A stretch of 64,000 nucleotides of DNA from the human T2T-CHM13v2.0 reference genome, Homo sapiens. The position numbers were made by a program, and so were the translations under genes. The stretch is taken from assembly GCF_009914755.1 (NCBI RefSeq), contig NC_060933.1; one strand, given 5' to 3'. Position 1 is the first letter of the stretch; each line of letters starts with the position of its first letter. This document shows positions 32,501 through 50,800 of this stretch, in pieces. The notes under the pieces were generated by a model. It was not told where the DNA came from, did no database searches, and worked only from the letters and a program-made list of their open reading frames with translations.

Positions 32501-33630
32501 GCAGGAATTTCAAAATCATCAATATATACAATAATTTTCTGGATTTCTTTGTCTTTATTATTCTAACTCTGTTTTTTTTTTGCTACTATATTTTATTTTT
32601 ATTTCACATTCACACTAAGTTTCTTTGCTTCTCAGCTTCCTGGTACATTAACTTTCCCAGATTTTTTATCATGTAGCGTCTTTCAGTTTTTTCACCTGTT
32701 AAAGATTTCTTTCCTAAATTCTTATTCTTTCACAAGATGGGTACACTAGATTAAGTGAAATTTGTATACTATAAACCTTAAAGCAAAATAAATCACTAAA
32801 ATAAAAAAAAATCAAGTTATAGTTAATAAGCCAACAAAGGTGATGAAATAGAATTACAAGAAAATAATTAATAAAAAAATCACAACAAAATATGGGAACA
32901 GATAACTTATGGGAAATATAGAAAACTAAAAAGTGAGCAAGTAGAATTAAACCTAATCCTATTTCAATTAAACAACAGAGATTATCAGACTAGATGAAGA
33001 AAGAAAGAACTAACTATGTGCTGACTACAAGAGAGTGGCTTATATTAGGAAACCAAAATTAGATTAAATGCAAAATTGTGGAAAATATACCATTTTAATA
33101 CTAGTCTAAGGAGGACTATAGTAGCTATGTTAATATCTTACAAAGTGCATTTTAGACTAAGGATTATTACTAGAATAGAGAAGGCTACTTTATAATAATT
33201 AAGGGATCAATTTAGTAAGCAGACAAAACATTTGTAAGCATGTATTTACCTAATAACAGCTCATTAAAATGTATGTAGCAAAATAAATGTTATTTTTGAC
33301 AAATATTTCAGGAAAAATATAATATTACAAAAATGGACTTCAACTTAGTCATTGTATCATAAACACAAAATGACTACAAGTAGATCAGACATCTGAATAT
33401 AAAAATCTTAAACTTTAAAACTTATTTTAAGAACACAGAGACTACAATCTTTGTGAACTTTGGGTTAAGCAACAATTTCTTAGATTTGACATCAATAGCA
33501 CAATCTATAAAATACAAATTGATAAATTGTTGTTCATGTGTATTAATAGATTTTGCTCTTTGAAAGACAATGTTAAAAGAAGAAGTCAAGATGCAGACTG
33601 GAGAAATATTTGCAAATCATATATTTGATA
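29560..33630 (+). mobile_element. Old L1M remnants: 5' region, ORF1, inter-ORF, ORF2 pieces (continues ~36030-36270)
   Basis: ORF 30629-31042 resembles the L1 ORF1p coiled coil/RRM start (IQLIEIHEG..EN..EEIFEKI); EN-region and C-terminal ORF2 motifs at ~32950-33630; interrupted by MER1B and non-L1 DNA. Confidence 0.65.
31566..31894 (-). mobile_element. MER1B hAT-Charlie DNA transposon
   Basis: Terminal inverted repeats C(C)GTGGTCCCCAA...TTGGCGACCCTG; internal CAACCTAGATCCCTC and GGTTCCTAACAGGCCA. Confidence 0.9.
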
Positions 33631-33636
33631 AACTGC

Positions 33637-36022
33637 AAAAACTTATCCACCACAATCAAGTTAGCTTCATGCCTGGGGTGTAAGGCTGGTTCAACATACA
33701 CAAATCAATAAGCATGATTTATCACATAAACAGAACTAAGGAAAAAAAAAACACATGATTATCTCAATAGACGCAGAAAAGGCCTTGTATAAAATTCAAC
33801 CTACCTTCATTTTAAAAACTCTCAATAAACTAGGTATTGATGGAACATATGTCAAAATAATAAGAGCCATTTATGACAAACCCATGGCCGACATACTCAA
33901 CGGGCAAAAGCTGGAAGTATTCTCCTTGAAAAATGGCAAAAGAGAAGGATACTCTCTCTTATCACTCCTATTCAACATAACATTGGAAGTTCTGGCCAGG
34001 GCTATCAGAAAAGAGAAAGAAATAAAGTCTATTCAAATAGAAAGAGAGGAAGTCAAACTGCCTCTTTGTGCAGATGACATCATCCTTTATCTAGAAAACC
34101 CCATTGTCTCAGCCCACAACCTTCTTAAGCAGATAAGCAACTTCAGCAAAGTTTCAGGATAAAAAATCAATGTGCAAAAAATCACAAGCATTTCTATACA
34201 CCAACAATAGGCAAGCAGAGAGCTAAATCATGAATGAATTCCTATTCACAATTGCTGCAAAGAGAATAAAATACCTAGGAATGCTTCTAACAAGGGGAAT
34301 GAAAAACCTCTTCTAGGAGAACTACAAACCACTGCTCAAAGAAATAAGACAGGACACAAACAAATGAATAAACGTTCCATGCTCATAGATAGGAATAATC
34401 AATATCATGAAAATGGCCATACTGTCCAATGTAATTTATAAATTCAATGCTATTCCCATTACACTACCATTGTCATTCTTCACAGAATTAGAAAAAAACT
34501 ATTTTAAAGTTCATATGGAGTCCAAAAAGAGCTTGTATACCCAAGACAATCCTAAAGGAAAATCACAAAGCTGGAGGTATCACACTACTCAACTTCAAAC
34601 TATACCACAATGCTACAGTAACAAAACAGTATGGTACTGGTACAAAAGCAGAAACATAGACCAAATAAACAGAATAGAGATCTCAGAAATAAGACTGCAC
34701 ACCTACAACCATTTGATCTTTGACAAACATGAAAAAAACAAGCAACGGGGAAATGATTCCCTAATTAATAAATGGTGCTAGGACAAGTGGCTAGCCATAT
34801 GCAGAAAATTGAAATTGGACCACTTCCTTATACCTTATAAATGATTAACTCAAAATGGATTAAAAACTTAAATGTAAAACCCAAAACTATAAAAAACCCT
34901 AGAAGAAAGCTAGGCAATACCACCAAGGACATAGGCATGGACAAAGATTTCATGATGAAAACGTCAAAAGCAATTGCAACAAAAGCAAAAAAATTGACAT
35001 ATGGGATCTAATTAAACTAAAGAGCTTCCACACAGCAAAAGAAACTATCATCAGAGTGAACAAACAACCTACAGAATGGGAGAAAATTTTTGCAATCTAT
35101 CCATCTAACAAAGGTATAATATCCAGAATCTACAAAGAACTTAAACAAATTTACAAGAAAAAAACCATTAAAAAGTGGGCAAAGGACAAGAACAGACACT
35201 TCTCAATAGAAGACATTTACGTGGCCAAGAAGCATATGAAAAAAAGCTCAACATCACTGATCATTACAGAAATGCAAGTCAAAACCACAGTGATATACCA
35301 TCTCATGCCAGTCAAAATGGAGATTATTAAAAAGTTAAGAATCAACAGGTGCTGGCAAGGCTGTGGAGAAATACAAATACTTTTCCACTGTTGGTCAGAA
35401 TGTAAATTAATTCATCCATTGTGGAAGACAGTGTGGTGATTCCTCAAAGAATTAGAACCAGAAATAACATTTGACCCAGAAATCCCATTACTGGGTATAT
35501 ACACAAAGGAATATAAATCATTCCATTACAAAGATACGTGCATGTGTATGTTCCTTGCAGCACTATTCACAATAGCAAAGACATTGAACCAACCCAAATG
35601 CCCATCAATTATAGGCTGGATAAAGAAAATGTGGTACATATACACCATGGAATACTACGCAGACATAAAAAGAATGAGATCATGTCCTTTGCAGGAACAT
35701 GGATAAAGCTGAAAGTCTTTATCCCCAGCAAACTAACACAGAAACAGAAAACAAAACACCCCATGTTTTCACTTATAAGTGGGAGCTTAATAATGAGAAC
35801 ACATGGACACAGGGAGGGGGACAACACAAACTGGAGTCTCTTGGGAGTGGGGTCAGGGGTGGGAGAACATCAAGATAAATAGCTAATGCATGCTGGGCTT
35901 AATACCTAGGTGATGGGTTGATAGGTGCAGAAAACCACCATGGCAAATGTATACCTATGTAACAAACCTGCATGTCCTGCACATGTATCCCAGAACTTAT
36001 AAAATAAAATAAATAAATAAAA
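33637..36022 (+). mobile_element. 5'-truncated L1PA (approx. PA8A-PA11) LINE
   Basis: ORF2 RT/C-terminal fragments (ORFs 33755, 34407, 35056); 3'UTR ATAAATAGCTAATGCATGCTGGGCTTAATACCTAGG; (A/TAAA) tail. Confidence 0.95.
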
Positions 36023-39000
36023 TATATATATTAAATTCTCAAAACACAATCATAAAATAAATAAATTCAATAAAAGAGGGACATATAGAAAAAGCAAAGG
36101 TTCATGATGAAATGCCAATATAATTAGTCAGAGAAATGCAAATTAAAACCACAGTGAGATATCACCTCACCTATTCCAAAAGCCAAAATTTACAAGACTG
36201 ACCAGACGAAGTGTCCGTAAGGATATGGAGAAAGAAGGACCTTTAGATATTGCTGATGTGAATATAAATGCAGCAAAAGCAGGACTGATTGGAAAAGGGG
36301 GAGAACAATTACCTCAAGAAAGATGTAAATGTTATTAGTAAAATAAGGGAGAAAATGTTAAGTAGGCAGGAAAACAAATAAATATAATTAAAAAACACCT
36401 TCACTACTGGTGTCACATTGGCCTACATATTTACGTATTCTTATAATTTGATTTAGTTCTAGGAAAAAAAAATAAAGATATGTGAAAATGAATCTTGAAA
36501 TAGTTAACAGGTTGATGCCAGGAAGCTAATCTGCAATGTGCTGTGAAGTTCTCACACACCCAAAGAAACATTCTGTTGAAAACATTACAGGTCAGGTGTA
36601 CCATTCATCCTCCTCAACATCTGTTCTCTGACTGTCGGTTGTTGGGGGAAAAAAAAACAGTGTTCTCCAAGTTCACAGAATTCTAAAATAAAAGAAAAAA
36701 TGCCTAAAAAATGAATTAGGAAAGAGAATACTTTTTAATAACATGCAATAATAAGTAGGATCATATGAAGCCATTTTCACCCTCTTCATTGCCATTCACA
36801 AAGTAATATTAATTAGGTAAAGAAAATAAAATTTAGATTAAAATTAAAATTACATATTTATAAGTATATTAACATTCAAGAAGATGTTTAATGCAAACTC
36901 TTTAATAAATATTAGTTTCTTAGATAGCTAATGGTTTCCTAAAAATAGAGGTGGAAGTTTTAGCATGATACACAGCTGTCAATGAGATTGGTTTGTCAAT
37001 AAATTGCAAAAGTAAGAAAACTGCAAAATGGAAATGAAAGTCAGAAAAGAGGCCTAGTGAATTTTATTTTGTATTACATTTACTTTTTTTCTGTTCAGAG
37101 AAGACATAATATGCCAATAATTATTTTGGCCCCACAATTTATTTCTATTTTCTTTCCCCAAGATTATTTTTTAGAACCTTTGGCTAGCTTTAACAGGCAA
37201 TTGAAGATACTTATGATTGAATGGTTTAAAGCTTAGGAGATAAAATATAATTGTAAATAATCTTTTAATATCATTCCTACATACAGATTCAACTATTACA
37301 TGCCACTCAGACTTGGAAAATTTGAGAAATGGTGGTTTTAGTTAAACATTCAGAAATATTTTTCCTTATTGTTATTAATTTATGACCACTCACGCCTTCT
37401 GCCAGAATTGATTTCTGAGATTTATCCCATAATCATAGTACCTTAGAATATCCCATGTTAGCCATGCTCCCAACAAAGCCTAAAGGGACACTACAACATA
37501 AATTTATAAATATAAATATGCATTCTCTTCAAAAGATTACAAGAACAGAAATCTCATGAAGCATTGGAGATGAATGTATCTGATATTCAGAGTTCAAATT
37601 TTCAGGATTGGATTAATCCACAAAACAATGTGGTATTTTTTATATATAATAGTTAGACTTTTTCTAAATTTTCTATATTTCTGCAACTCATACTCAATCA
37701 TCAGTATATTCAAATCTCTCTTTCTCCTCCACAAATCAAGTGAAATTATTGTCACAAAATCACCATTGTCAATGAAGACAATATTCGTATTCAATCAAAT
37801 TCTCAAGAATCTTTGAAACTTTCTCATCTCTTGGCTTCTGTCTGTTCTCTGCTGGTTTTCCACTTTCAGTCTCGTATATCAGCTTATCTTCATATTCCCA
37901 GCCTCCAATGTTGGTATTCCTGAAAACTTTGTCCCAACGTGCTCAGCTCTGTGTGCTCACTGTACTTTTATCTGAACAACCGTGTACACTCTCAACTCCA
38001 TGATTTGCTCTCCTGAGCACTAAATCTTATTTTGTAACTGAGAGCTTATACTTAGGTATATCAAATGTACTGCAAATACTTATTACCTAAAATGGGAAGC
38101 ATTATTTTCTACCCAAAGACAACACTTTCTTATGATTAACTCAATAAATAGAATTATTGTTTAATAGTTTTACCATATGTGTGTATGTGGGGTATGTATA
38201 TAATACAATATAGATATCATGTATATACTGAGTGGTGACCACATGGGATTGAGAAATATGTCTACTTGTGGATGTCACAACTTATTTGGGAGTTCTATCA
38301 CAATTCCTATGTATGCTAATTCCCAGGGAAAAAAGTACACAAACTTTTCCCAAAAATTCTGATGCTATTAAGGCAATTATTTATCTGCTTTTATTTTTCT
38401 TTTTCCCTAATACCCTGGAGAAATATTTTATTCTTAAATTGTAGTGAAGGAGATTAGGGCAAATGACATAATAATTATTATCCTTAATATAGCAGTTTTA
38501 CATCTAGAAAATTATTTTGTAAACTAAATTCTAATACTTGATGATTTTTTTTTCTGATTCTACTGAGATTACTGACTTATGTGGCAAAGGATGTCTTATG
38601 TCAAGTGGCCCAAGAGGGAAGATATCATTGGATAAATAAATACAGATAGAGAAAAATGTGTATATTGGTTATTACTTTATATTACCATCAGATTACATTG
38701 ATTATTATGACACTCTGTGTTAATTCTTTTTCCATCAAGCTAGGATACACTTTTGTTTTAAAAATCGTCATTCATTACTTTCCTACTGTGAAAAAATCCT
38801 ACTAGGCTTTTTGTTACTTCTCTTATTTTTAGCACTATATTTTTAACTCAGTCTAAGTCTTTCATACTACAGCTAAGACTCATTTTGCTAAAGAACAGGA
38901 ATAAATATATCTAGATAATTTAATTTTAAATTTGATGCCATCTAAATTCTTTTTTGAAATTACTAATTTTTCCTTTTTCACAAGTAATGATTATTTATTA

Positions 39001-39251
39001 AATTAGTCTTTAGGCTAATATTAAAAATAAGCATTTAAAAATTAGAGGAAATTTTGTTAGAATATTTGTTGATGTTAAAGTGCATGACCCTCCTCCAATA
39101 AACATAACAGATTTCTTCTGCTTAACTAGTGTTTGAGTTCTTTATTGTTTTCAGGAAACAATGATATATTCTTTCTTTTTTGATATTTAATACATATAAA
39201 TGTAATGAGTCTATACCAAAAATTTCATTTTGATTCTTTTTTTTTTTTCAG

Positions 39252-39312
39252 ATAAGCAACAACATTAAAAAAGAATTCTGAGCATCATAACATCCCAGAA
39301 CATTCATGCAGG
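39252..39312 (+). other. Candidate 61-nt non-coding internal exon
   Basis: T12-CAG acceptor (AG at 39250-39251) and AGG|GTAAGT donor (GT at 39313-39314); stop codons in all three frames. Confidence 0.35.
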
Positions 39313-41984
39313 GTAAGTAACATTTCCTTTCAATTGTAGTGTTGTTGGCATTCTCTAAAATCTGTTTCTCTTCTGTGTCTCAGTGAGAATTTATTTCAGG
39401 CTTAATACCTGAATTTATTCAGTGTATTCTCAGGCTTTCTACATTATAAGTAAAGTGCTACTGTGGAGACACTCCTGGGATTTTTAAAGGAAAAAGCCTT
39501 TGGATAATGTGAAAATAACAAAGATCTTTCTTTGTAAGTTTGAGAATGACTGTCATGCTCCATTACATCTCCTAGAATGTTCAAAAACTTGAGGGTCCTC
39601 CCAGTTTCTTATTCTCAGATGCCATTTCTCAAAGTGATAGTGAACTATTTCCTACTTTTAACTGGGTTTTCTCTGAAATACGTGGTTAGTGTGAAGTACA
39701 GAAACTCAATATGTTCTGGTATAAATGTAATTGCCATATGTGCATTTTAAGTCAGTGGATAATAAATATGAGAAGAGCTGCTAAAAAAAATTATTTCCAA
39801 AGTCCTACTAGAACTCTCTCAGGGCCACTAAACTAAGGTTGAAAAGTGATCATTCAGCATGCTCACCAATATTGGGGCAGCTACCTTTTCTCCCTGAAGA
39901 GCAGCTAAGCTTTTCTCCTTTAGCAGCTTCAAGTTGCCTCTATTGCCTTCTACTATCAGGCCTCTTGCTGAACTATTTTTAAATTCAAAATACATCCTTT
40001 CTCAGTTGCTAAAGCCCTGGAGAACATTGCCACAACAAGAACACATTTTTTACGTGCATTAAGAATAAAGGAGCTTGTCATCTAAACAGTGTGAACTAGG
40101 ACCAAAATACCTTAGGTTCCTGTGGCAAATAAGTGCGTACCCACAGCTGGTTTTTTGTCACTGAGCTCATAAATACTGAGACATTCAGAGACTAGAAAAT
40201 TTAATCTAGTAGGCAAATAGATTTTTCAAGGTTTGTTTTAATTATGGGATCCCACCTATTAGTTGTCAAACATATTAAATATATACCCATTTATCTAGAC
40301 CTTAAGTTTTAATTTTATATACACACATTCCTTGTCTCTCAGGAACATGAAGAAAAGAGACTAACTTCACCTATTTTCCTAATTTAAAGAATTATATAAA
40401 GCTAAAGTGCTTTTTATTAAAAGTAGCAGGTCTTCTATTTATACATGCATCTGAATACAAAACTCAAGCCTAATATGCATAATTGCAGTTTACTTACAAT
40501 TTTTTATTAAATCAATATTACTTCTACTGTGAGAATTGCGAATATATATTTAGCTCCTTTCTTTGCTGTTTTCTGATTATATGAAGACTTATTTTACATC
40601 ATTATTCATGTTTGTGTTTAACATATTAATACAAAATGCTTAACATATTTACATTTAATACATTAATATCAAACGTATTTAACGTACTATTCTCTTAAAG
40701 TGTTGGGAAATTTTTTAGTCTCAAGAAGAATGAGTTCATGCTTTTAAGTTTTTCAGAATTTGTCAGAATACACATAGCCACATCTGTGGGACTGCTGTTG
40801 ACAATGGCCATAGGTCAAGGAAAACAGACTTTTCTGACTTGCTGCCCTCAGTAGATTTTGTTTTCATATTTTAAAAGGATGAAAAGGGGGATCTTAGGCA
40901 ATTTGCCCAATGTGGATACTGACAAGGGTGGTGAAGGATATGAAAAAGATGACCCAGAAGGAAAACATGAGATATTTCTGAACATCTTAAATGTGTGTAG
41001 CCTTTTGGAAAAGTGAGACCAGATCGAAAGCACACTGAAATAATTTTGGCAACTTACACTGACACATAACTCAGTCAATCTGAATTAAACTATGGGTCAC
41101 AGGGGAAATGTTACTCTAAGAAGCACATATTAAAATCACTCAGCTGCAGTGAAATAGACTCCCTGACAACATGGAGTATCAATTATCCAACATATAAAGT
41201 CAGTGATACAAATTGGACTACAATATATAAGGCTGATAAAGTCTTCTTTAAAGGACTGACAGCTGACTTGGCTCATATGTAAACAATGTTTCTCAGCAGT
41301 TAACTGCACTGGCTGTAACTTGATAGTATCTATTGCTTGAACAAATTATGTACTATGTAATTAAATAAATAGAATTTATCAAGAATGAATGGCTTATTTT
41401 AATATTTTGGCATGTAGACTTTGAAAAAAGTTGGTAAAATTTTAAAGGCTACTTTTAAGAAACAGCAGTATAATATGTTTAATAATGAAAAACAATAATG
41501 TAGTTGAAAATAATTCAGTTTTCTATTGCAGCTAATTTCAAAGGCATAGAAATATTATCTCAATTAATAGAAGAAATAGCAACAATTCTATCATTTTTAT
41601 GCAAATTTCTCTTAGTCCATCTATTTAGTTTTAGATAGTATTTTTAAAATTTCATTTTTGAGCAGGGCTAATCATAAAGAGTAGATTCTATCTATATTTC
41701 ACAATAGTTGACGTTAATAAGAAAAAAAAGCCATCATTTTTTATACTGCAAGCATTTTCCATTATTTTTTATTAGTGTAATTTCTAGTTTTATGGTGCTT
41801 CCCTCTTTTAAAAAGTCATGATTAACTCAAGGTGTCCAGTTAGTATAAGATCAGGGTTAATGGTAGTTAATATGCCAAAATGGTAATATTCTGTATTATT
41901 GCCAATAGCATAATTTATTATTTGAATCAGAGACCATAGTATTCTGAATGCATGAGCATATTTTTAACATTTCAATGCATTCTT

Positions 41985-46654
<4,670 letters not shown>

Positions 46655-46849
46655 TAACTAGAGAGGAAACAAGAAATTATAGTGATAGTTACTGTTTACC
46701 TGAAGATATTTGAACATAAAAGAACATTAGGAAGAGAAATGTATGTTAACACTGTCTATGATGACATAGAAGAATAAAAGTAGGGGAGTAAATAGGAGAA
46801 TTTTTAAAAAACTTTCTGGTCATGTAAGTCAATTTGTATCAGTCATTTC

Positions 46850-47420
46850 TTAAAGCTTTACTGAAATGCAATAAATGGCCCCTACCTCAATTGTACATTT
46901 TGGTATTTTTTGGCATTTGTATATACCTAGGAAACCATCAACACGTTAAAACAATGTACATATCCATAAAGTTTCCTCATTTTTTTTTCCATTCACTTCC
47001 TTCTGCCTATCCCTGTCCCATTCTCAGGCAACCACTGATATACTTTCAGTAACTATCCATGAGTTTACATTTCCATATAAACGGAAGCATAGAGTGTTAT
47101 GCTTTTTTGATGACTCAGCATAATTATTTTGAGATTTATTCATGGCAAGACATGTATCTTATTCTTACCATTGAGTATTATTTCATTATAGACATATATC
47201 ACAAAATGTTTATCAATAGTAAATTCACTTGTCAATGAACATTTAGACTATTTTCAGTTTTTGACTATTGCAAATAAAGCCGCTATGAACATTAATGTAC
47301 CATCCTTTAAATGGGCATAGGCTTTTATGTTTTCATTTCTATTAGAAGTAGAATAGATAGATACATGTTTAGCATTGTGTAATATGAAAGAAACAAACTT
47401 GACAAAACTTTTCGAAAGTG
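46850..47420 (-). mobile_element. Old L1M (MC/MD-type) 3' end
   Basis: CAGGCAACCACTGAT, CTCAGCATAATTATTTTGAGATTTATTCATG, GCAAATAAAGCCGCTATGAACATT. Confidence 0.75.
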
Positions 47421-47887
47421 GAAACTCCGCCAAGTGTCAAAGAAATTGGCTTTGTCAATCTTAAAAGTTGTTGAAAATACCTTACACGTGTCTTTATATA
47501 ACATATCTTTTAAAAACACACTTTTATGTACTACCCCCACAGATGTTCCAGTGTTTATTTCTGAAAGCTTGATGTAATTGACTAAACCATTTAAGGCTAG
47601 ACCTCTGAAATAAAAGGCACTAACACTTTGCAATTTTAGGGAAATAATTTCATTTTTTCAAATAGAATCATGCAAAATCTTTATCTGATCATGACAAAAT
47701 ATCCCCTACTTGCTGTTAATAATCCACAGCTTTTATAAAATTAGCAAAAACAGTTCATTTAATAATATAACCTGATGGCCAAAATTATCTGCCTTACTTA
47801 AGTTAACTTAATGTCTATTAAATGTAAGTTTCTTCTGAAAAAACAGACACACTTCTCTCAGAAAATTTTTAAAGATCAAACACATCT

Positions 47888-50800
47888 TTTTTATTTTTTT
47901 AATTTTGTAACAATTATATATATATTTGTATATATATATTTATGAGGTACAAGGTAATACTTCAATACAGTAAATATTGTGGAATGAACAAATCAGGTTA
48001 ATAATCCTATCCATCACCTGACATATGTATTACTTTGTTGTGAGAACATTTAAAATTCACTCTCTTAGCAATTTTGAAATGCACAATACATTATAATTAA
48101 CTGCAGTTATTTTGCTGTGCAATATATCACCAGAATTTCTTTCTCCTGTCTTACTAAAGCTTTGTCCTGTCAAACACTTCCCGTTTTCCCACACACCCTA
48201 CCCTTCTCCACCTCTGGTAAACCACCATCCTACTCTTTACTTGTAGGAATTCAAATTTTTAGATTCCACACAGGTGATATCATGAGTCATCTGTGTTTCT
48301 GTACCTGGCTTATTCCACTTAGCACAATGTACTGTAAATTAATCCATGTTCTTGTAAATGACAGAATTTCATTCTTTCAAAAGGATGAATAGTATTTCAT
48401 TGTGTATATAAACTACATTTTTAAAATTCATTATTCAGTTAATGAGCACTTAGGTTGTTTCTAAATATTGACTGTTGTGAATAATGCTGCAGTGTACACG
48501 ACAATGCAGACCTCCCTTTTGACATACTAATTTCACTTCCTCTGGACATGTATCTAGAAATGGGATTGGGATAATATGGTAATTCTTCTTATAGTTTGTG
48601 AGGAATCTTCATACTGTGTTTCAAGATGCTTGTAATTTTCATTCCCAACAGCAGTGTACAGGGGTTTCCTTTTCTCCATATCTTTATCAACAGTTACTGC
48701 ATTAGTCCATTTTTATGCTGCTGATAAAGACATACCCGAGACTGTGCAATTTACAAAAGAAAGATGTTTATTGGACTTACCGTTCCACATGGCTGGGAAG
48801 ACCTCACAATCATGGTGGAAGGCAAGGAGGAGTAAGTCACATCTTATGTGGGTGGCAGCAGGCAAAGAGATAGCTTGTGCAGGGAAACTCCCATTTTTGA
48901 AACCATCAGATCTCATGAGACCCAGTAACTATCATGAGAAAAGCATGAGAAATACCCATCTTCATGAATCAATCATCTCCCACAGGTCCCTCCCACAACA
49001 CAAGGGAATTTGGAAGCTAAAAGATAAGATTTTGGTGGGAACACAGAGCCAAACCATATCATTCTACCCCTGGCCCCTCCCAGATCTCATATCTTCACAT
49101 TTCAAAACCAATAATGCATTCTAAACAGTCCCCGAAAGTCTCAACTCATTTCAGCATTAACTCAAAGTCCACAGTCCAAAGATGTGAGACAAGGCAAGTC
49201 CCTTGCGCCTATGAGACTGTAAAATCAAAAGCAAGTTAATTACTTCCTAGATACAATGGGGGTACAGAAATTGGGTAAATTCAGCCATTTTAAATGGAGA
49301 TATTGGCCAAAACAAAGGGGTTACAGGGCCTATGCAAGTCTGAAATCCAGCAGGCATTCAAATCATAAAGCTCCAAAATGATCTCCTTTGACTCCGTGTC
49401 TCACATCTGGGTCACGGTGATGTAAGGGGTGGGTTCCCATGACCTTGGGCAGCTCCACCCCTATGACTGCAGGATATAGCCTCCCTCCCGACTGCTTTCA
49501 CAGGCTGGTGTTGAGTGTCTGTGCATTTTCCAGGCACAGGGCACAAGCTGTCAGTGGATCTACGGTTCTGATGTCTGGAGGACAGTGACTGTCTTCTCAT
49601 AGCTCCACTAGATGGTGCCCCAGTGGGGACTCTGTCTGGGGGCTCCAACCCCACATTTCCCTTCTGCACTGCCCTAGCAGAGGTTCTCCATGAAGGCCCT
49701 GCCCCTGAAGCAAACTTCTGCCTGTACATTCAGGCGTTTCCATACATCCTCTGAAATCTAGGCAGAAGTTCCCAAACCCCAGTTCTTGACTTCTGTGTAC
49801 CCACAGGCTCAACACCATGTGGAAGCTGCCAAGGCTTGGGGCTTCCACCCTCTGAAGCAATAGCCCGCACTGCACCTTGACACTTTTAGTCACGTCTGGA
49901 GTGACTGGGACACAAGACACCTAGTACCTAGACTGCACAGAGCAGAGGGACCCTGGGCATGGCCCGTGAAACCGTATTTTCTTCCTAAACCTCTGGGCCT
50001 GTGATGGAAGGGGCTGCCACAAAGATCCCTGATGTGCCTTGGATACATGTTCTCCATTGTCTTGGTGATTAACATTCAGCTCCTCATTACTTATGCAAAC
50101 TTCTGCAGTGGGCTTGAGTTTCTTCTCAGAAAATAGAATTTTCTTTTCTATCGCATTGTCAGGCTGCAAATTTTCCAAACTTTTATGCTCTGTTTCCCTT
50201 TTAAAACTGATTGCCTTTAACAACACCCAAGTCATCTCTTGAATGCTTTGCTGCTTAGAAATTTCTTCTGTCAGATACCCTAAATTATCTCTCTCAAGTT
50301 CAAAGTTTCACAGATCTTGAGGACAGGGGCAAAAGGTCACCAGTCTCTTTGCTAAAACATTGCAAGAGTCACCTTTGCTCCAGTTCCCAAGAAGTTTCTC
50401 ATCTCCATCTGAGACCACTGCAGCCTGGACCTTGTTGTTTACATTACTATCAGCATTTTTATTAAAGCCATTCATCAAGTCTCTAGGAAGTTCAAAGGTT
50501 TTTCACGTTTTCCTGTCTTATTCTGAGCCCTCCAAACTGTTCCCACCTTTGCCTGTTACCCAGTTCCAAAGTCGCTTCCACATTTTCTGTTATCTTTTCA
50601 GTAATGCCCCACTCGCTGGTACCAATTTACTGTATTAGTTTGTTTTCATGCTGCTGATACAAAGGCATACCCCAGACTATGCAATTTACAAAAGAAGAGG
50701 TTTATTGGACTTACATTTTCACGTGGCTGGGGAGGCCTCACAATCATGGCAGAAGGCAAGGAGGAGCAAGTCGCATCTTAAATGGGTGAGAGCAGGCAAA

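Noticed and set aside
36300-41900. Hidden coding exons in the largest mostly non-repetitive stretch
   Set aside because: No ORF with recognisable homology and no splice-bounded open frame found by eye; conservation data would be needed to say more
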